Below, in pieces: positions 60,343-64,000 of a DNA stretch of 64,000 nucleotides. Origin of the DNA: an uncultured Actinomycetes bacterium (GTDB taxonomy: Bacteria; Actinomycetota; Thermoleophilia; UBA2241); NCBI GenBank assembly GCA_963767005.1, contig CAVYCN010000008.1:1-64000 (forward strand), in the 5' to 3' direction. Each line of letters opens with the position of its first letter. The first letter of the stretch is position 1. Below the pieces are notes generated by a model. That model did not search any database. It was not told the DNA's origin and saw only the letters and a list, made by a program, of their open reading frames with translations. The translations under genes and the position numbers were made by a program.

Positions 60343-60752
60343 CACGACCCCCGGCGGCGGCGTTGCCGGCCGCTCGTGCCCCAGTCGAGGGCGCCGAGAC
60401 GCCACAGGTACACGAGGCCGGCCAGCAGCAGGACGATGAAGACGAGGGCCTCGACGTAGCCGCTCCAGCCGGCCTGCCGCAGGCCCACGGCCCAGGCGAA
60501 GATGAAGACGGCCTCAAGGTCGAAGATCACGAAGAAGACGGCGATCTCGTAGAACTCGATCGAGAAGTGGCGCGGCAGCGGACCGGCCGGCGGCAGACCC
60601 GACTCGTAGCGCTCGTCGGTGGTCAGCTCACGGTGCCGCTGGCCGAGGAGGCTGGAGACGACGACGATGCCCACGGTGATGACCGCGGCAAGCGCTGCGT
60701 ACACCAGAAAGGGCCATCCGGCTCCTGAGATGGCCACGACAGTCGACCCCAC
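60342..60752 (-). CDS. nuoA: NADH-quinone oxidoreductase subunit A
   Basis: YESG, FY..A.FFVIFDLE..F..AW, GLVYLWR.GALDW. Confidence 0.96.
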   Translation of the reverse strand: MGSTVVAISGAGWPFLVYAALAAVITVGIVVVSSLLGQRHRELTTDERYESGLPPAGPLPRHFSIEFYEIAVFFVIFDLEAVFIFAWAVGLRQAGWSGYVEALVFIVLLLAGLVYLWRLGALDWGTSGRQRRRRGS

Positions 60753-60785
60753 GCTTCGACCCCCTGCTGCCAGACACGGCCCTGG

Positions 60786-60811
60786 CTACCCTGGAAAGAG
60801 CTCGCGGAACC
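60786..60811 (-). promoter_or_regulatory. Possible SigB/SigF-type promoter for the respiratory operon
   Basis: GGTTC-N15-GGGTAG ending about 34 nt before the nuoA GTG. Confidence 0.3.
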
Positions 60812-60910
60812 GCGTTTGGCCCCAGCGATGCTGCCAGTTAGGTAGGAAACAGGCAGGAGGCCCCTCTCGTCCAGTGTTTGGCGCTCCCGAGGCCAGCGCC
60901 GCGCGCTGAT

Positions 60911-61984
60911 CTACCCCCTGAGCCGCGCCCTGAGGTCGGCGGGCGGGGGCGGCACGGCCGTCCAGTCGAAGGCGTCGCCAATGGTCCGCAGGCGCTCGCG
61001 CGTGACCGGCGCGCAGAGCGCGCCGGCCACGCCGCTCTCGTAGGCCCAGCGCGGCTCGACGCCGAGATGGGCGGCGACCGCGTAGTCGAGGTCGAGGTCG
61101 GTGGCGAACAGGACCGGGTCGTCGGTCGAGATCGAGCAGCGTACGCCAGCCGCCCGCAGGGCGCGCAGCGGGTGCCGGCGGAGCGACTTCACAACGCGCG
61201 TGCGCAGGTTGGAGACCGGCGTGACGTCGAGCACCGTGCCGCGCGCGACGAGCTCGGCTACGAGGGTCGGGTCCTCGACCGCGCGGATGCCGTGGCGGAT
61301 GCGGTCGGCCCGCAGCGCGTCGAGCGCGGCACGCACCGACTCCGGGCCGGCAGCCTCGCCCGCATGCGGCACCGCGCCGAGGCCGAGCGAGCGCGCCAGG
61401 GCGAACACGTCGGCGAACTGCTCGGGCGGGTTCTCGAGACCTCCGAGGCCCACGGCGACGACCCCCCGCTCGCGGTAACGGCCGCACCAGCGGACCGTCT
61501 CCTCGGCCAGGCTCAGACTGAACGTGCGGGTGATGTCCGGGGTGAGGTTGACCTCGATCCCGAGGCGCTCGCGTGCCTCTTCCGCGCCGTCGCAGTAGCC
61601 CTCGAAGACCTGCTGCCACGCGATGCCGCGGACCACAGGCTCGGCCGGCGAGAAGATCGCCTCGATATACACGGCGCCACGGCCGGCTGCCTCGCGAGCG
61701 TAGTCGACGACGACCCGGCGAAAGTCGTCGGCGGTCTGCAGGGCGGGCGTGATCGCGATCCAGACGTTGAGGAAGCTCAGGAAGTCGCGGAACCGGCACA
61801 GCTCGGCGAGGCCCTCGACGGTGTCGACGGGCAGGGCGTAGCCGTTGCGCCGCGCGATGGCGAGCAGCGTGGCGGGCTGGACGGTCGCCTCGAGGTGGAC
61901 GTGGAGCTCGATCTTGGGGAACGCCGCCGGCCGGCGGCGTTCGGCCGTCGCCCCGGTCGTCTCGGTCGCTCTCGCTTGGCCCAC
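60911..61984 (-). CDS. add: Adenosine/adenine deaminase
   Basis: PKIELHVHLE, PHAGE, RIRHG, P.SN, STDDP; GGAGG RBS before GTG 61984. Confidence 0.92.
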   Translation of the reverse strand: MGQARATETTGATAERRRPAAFPKIELHVHLEATVQPATLLAIARRNGYALPVDTVEGLAELCRFRDFLSFLNVWIAITPALQTADDFRRVVVDYAREAAGRGAVYIEAIFSPAEPVVRGIAWQQVFEGYCDGAEEARERLGIEVNLTPDITRTFSLSLAEETVRWCGRYRERGVVAVGLGGLENPPEQFADVFALARSLGLGAVPHAGEAAGPESVRAALDALRADRIRHGIRAVEDPTLVAELVARGTVLDVTPVSNLRTRVVKSLRRHPLRALRAAGVRCSISTDDPVLFATDLDLDYAVAAHLGVEPRWAYESGVAGALCAPVTRERLRTIGDAFDWTAVPPPPADLRARLRG

Positions 61985-62003
61985 GCGGTCGCCTCCCTCG
62001 CTT

Positions 62004-62057
62004 CGGCGATCGACTGCGTCGTCGCCGCTCAGACATGCGTGACTTCGTCGCGCGCCT
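62004..62057 (+). repeat. Diverged single copy of the 58-bp repeat
   Basis: cggcgatcgactgcgtcgtcgccgctcagacatgcgtgacttcgtcgcgcgcct aligns with the unit at 63256. Confidence 0.85.
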
Positions 62058-62145
62058 GGTTCGAAGGAGCTTACCGTACGCCGCCGGGCGCCGGATGCTT
62101 GTGTTCCGCCGCGCGACGGGGAAGCGATAGCATGAGGCCGACGTG

Positions 62146-63255
62146 ATGGACAAGGACACCTCATCCGAGGAGCCTGCGCGGCCAACGCCGCCCACGCCGG
62201 ACGAGCAGCCGTCGACGCTACGCGCCCTGCTCAGGTGGCTGCCCGTCCGCCACATGATCTGGTTTGGCGTGGCGATCGTCGCGCTCTACTTCGTGTGGCC
62301 GCCGCTGCTCGGCATCTTTTCGCAGCTGCCCAAGCTACGCGGCATCTTCTGGCTGTGGTTCGTGCTCATGGCCCTGCTCGAGGTCGCGAGCTTCGCCTGT
62401 GCCTGGGGCCTCATGCGCCTCACGCTGAACGAGCGTAACTGGTTCCTGATCGCCACGGCCCAGCTCACCAGCAACGCGGTCAGCCGCATGCTGCCCGGCG
62501 GCGCCGCGTCCGGCGGCACGGCCAGCTACCAGATGTTCACCGCGCGCGGCGCGCGCCCTGAGCGGGTCGTGTCGGGGCTCACCGCGACCACGCTGGTCTC
62601 GACCGCGGTCCTCGTGTCGCTGCCGGTGCTGTCCTTGCCGGCCATCCTGTTCGGCGGCCTCACCGTCGCCCGCACGCTGCTGCACGCGCTCGTCTACGGG
62701 ATGGTCGTCTTCACGTTGATCCTGGCGGCCGGCGCCGTCGCGCTGTTCGCCGACGAGCCGCTGCGCGCCGTGGGCACGCTCGCGCAACGCGGCCGCAACC
62801 GCCTGCTGCGGCGGCGCAAGCCGGTCCACGACCTGCCCGACCGGCTGATCGACGAACGCGACCTCATCAGGAGCATGCTCGGCCGGCGCTGGTGGGAGGC
62901 GCTGCCCTACGCCGCCGGCAACTGGCTGCTCGACTACACCGCCCTGCTCGCTGCCCTTGCGGCCACCGGCGCGCATCCGCGCGCCTCGCTCGTGCTCATC
63001 GCCTACGTCGTGGCCGCCCTGCTCGGCATGGTGCCGATCACGCCGGGCGGCCTCGGGTTCGTCGAGGTCGGCCTGGTGGCGAGCCTCGGTCTGGCCGGTG
63101 TCGGGGCGGCCCAGGCGACGCTCGCCACGCTGGCCTATCGTCTCGTCGCCTTCTGGATGCCCATCCCTGCGGGCGGCGTCGCGTACGCCCTGTACCTGCG
63201 CCGGTTCGGCCACAAGGACGCCCCGCCGGCGGCCGGCGGCACGTCGGGCTCGTAG
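62146..63255 (+). CDS. Lysylphosphatidylglycerol-synthase-TM / UPF0104 flippase-like membrane protein
   Basis: N..LPGG, W..D...L, P.TPGG.G.VE, YRL..FW.P. Confidence 0.88.
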   Translation: MDKDTSSEEPARPTPPTPDEQPSTLRALLRWLPVRHMIWFGVAIVALYFVWPPLLGIFSQLPKLRGIFWLWFVLMALLEVASFACAWGLMRLTLNERNWFLIATAQLTSNAVSRMLPGGAASGGTASYQMFTARGARPERVVSGLTATTLVSTAVLVSLPVLSLPAILFGGLTVARTLLHALVYGMVVFTLILAAGAVALFADEPLRAVGTLAQRGRNRLLRRRKPVHDLPDRLIDERDLIRSMLGRRWWEALPYAAGNWLLDYTALLAALAATGAHPRASLVLIAYVVAALLGMVPITPGGLGFVEVGLVASLGLAGVGAAQATLATLAYRLVAFWMPIPAGGVAYALYLRRFGHKDAPPAAGGTSGS

Positions 63256-63431
63256 CTCGTCCGGCGAGCGACTGCGTCGTCGCCGCTCAGGCTGGCGTGG
63301 CTGCGCCGCGCGCCTCGTCCGGCGAGCAACTGCGTCGTCGCCGCTCAGGCTGGCGTGGCTGCGCCGCGCGCCTCGTCCGGCGAGCGACTGCGTCGTCGCC
63401 GCTCAGGCTGGCGTGGCTGCGCCGCGCGCCT
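63256..63431 (+). repeat. Intergenic tandem repeat, 3 x 58 bp
   Basis: Units start at 63256, 63314 and 63372; identical except one G>A in copy 2. Confidence 0.97.
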
Positions 63432-63723
63432 AGTCGAAGCGGCGGCGCAGGCGGCGCCAGTGGCGCCCGCGGTGCCCGGACGCATACGAGAGCAGGTCGA
63501 GCACGAAGCCGGCCAGCACGACGACCCAGCCGGCCTGCGAGGGGCCGTGGAGCGGCGCCGAGTAGACCAGCACGTAGAAGAGCGTCGTGAACGGCAGGAA
63601 CACGATGCCGAGCAGCGGCCACACGAACGTGCTGAAGGCGCGGTCGACGGCGCCGGTGAAGATCCAGAGAAAGAGCAGCACGAGGCGCGGCGCGAGCAGA
63701 CCGACGCAGCCGAGGCAGCACAC
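63430..63723 (-). CDS. Small hypothetical membrane protein
   Basis: PRL.L...W, WPLLG..FLP.TTL.Y, W......DL pattern; three TMs. Confidence 0.8.
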   Translation of the reverse strand: MCCLGCVGLLAPRLVLLFLWIFTGAVDRAFSTFVWPLLGIVFLPFTTLFYVLVYSAPLHGPSQAGWVVVLAGFVLDLLSYASGHRGRHWRRLRRRFD

Positions 63724-63734
63724 GCGGGGCCTCG

Positions 63735-64000
63735 CTAGCTCCCGAGCGCGGCGCCGAGCGCCGCCCCCAGGCGCCGGGCTGCCTCGGTGAGCTCGTCGGG
63801 CTCGTAGAGCGTGAACGCGAGGCGCAGACCGCCGTCGAAGCCGTCGAGGTGGCTGCGGCCGGCCGGCACGTACGACACGCCGGCCGCCTCGGCGGCCGGC
63901 AGCAGCGCGCTTGCGCGGGCGCCGTCGGGCAGGACCACCCAGACGAAGAAGCCGCCGCCTGGTGGGACCGTCCGGCAGCCCGCCGGCAGGTGGGCGGCCA
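63735..64000 (-). CDS. Class I PLP aminotransferase (MocR/LysN-like), C-terminal part only
   Basis: P.GGFFVWV.LP, GV...P, LRLAF; the ORF runs off the window edge. Confidence 0.85.
   Translation of the reverse strand, partial: AAHLPAGCRTVPPGGGFFVWVVLPDGARASALLPAAEAAGVSYVPAGRSHLDGFDGGLRLAFTLYEPDELTEAARRLGAALGAALGS

Noticed and set aside
63256-63431. CRISPR array
   Set aside because: The units abut directly with no unique spacers, and there are no cas genes in the window.

Overview
A very GC-rich chromosomal segment, probably from an actinobacterium. The gene set and the actinobacterial-type qcr genes suggest a deep-branching class such as Thermoleophilia, but this is an inference. The left 38 kb is mostly housekeeping and accessory genes: a frameshift-riddled MarR plus heterodimeric ABC exporter, a lower-GC AbiE-like type IV toxin-antitoxin pair with a clear operator, typA, a secreted papain-like protease, an extended ECF sigma factor, glpK, a CoA-dehydratase activase, ndh, a divergent nfi and ppk2. 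The stand-out feature is a ~22.5 kb minus-strand run (60752->38251) in which a complete E. coli-type complex I operon (fused NuoCD) is interrupted between nuoA and nuoB. The inserted genes encode a full complex III (a diheme cytochrome c-Rieske fusion plus cytochrome b) and complex IV (heme O synthase, a CuA-cytochrome c subunit II, and fused subunits I+III), and every junction has overlapping stop/start codons. NuoF carries Ala at the position equivalent to E. coli E183, a change known to allow NADPH oxidation. Several nuo intergenic gaps are bridged by tiny stop/start-coupled ORFs, and a dispersed ~58-bp repeat family is also present. All product calls come from motif recognition by eye; no database searches were run.
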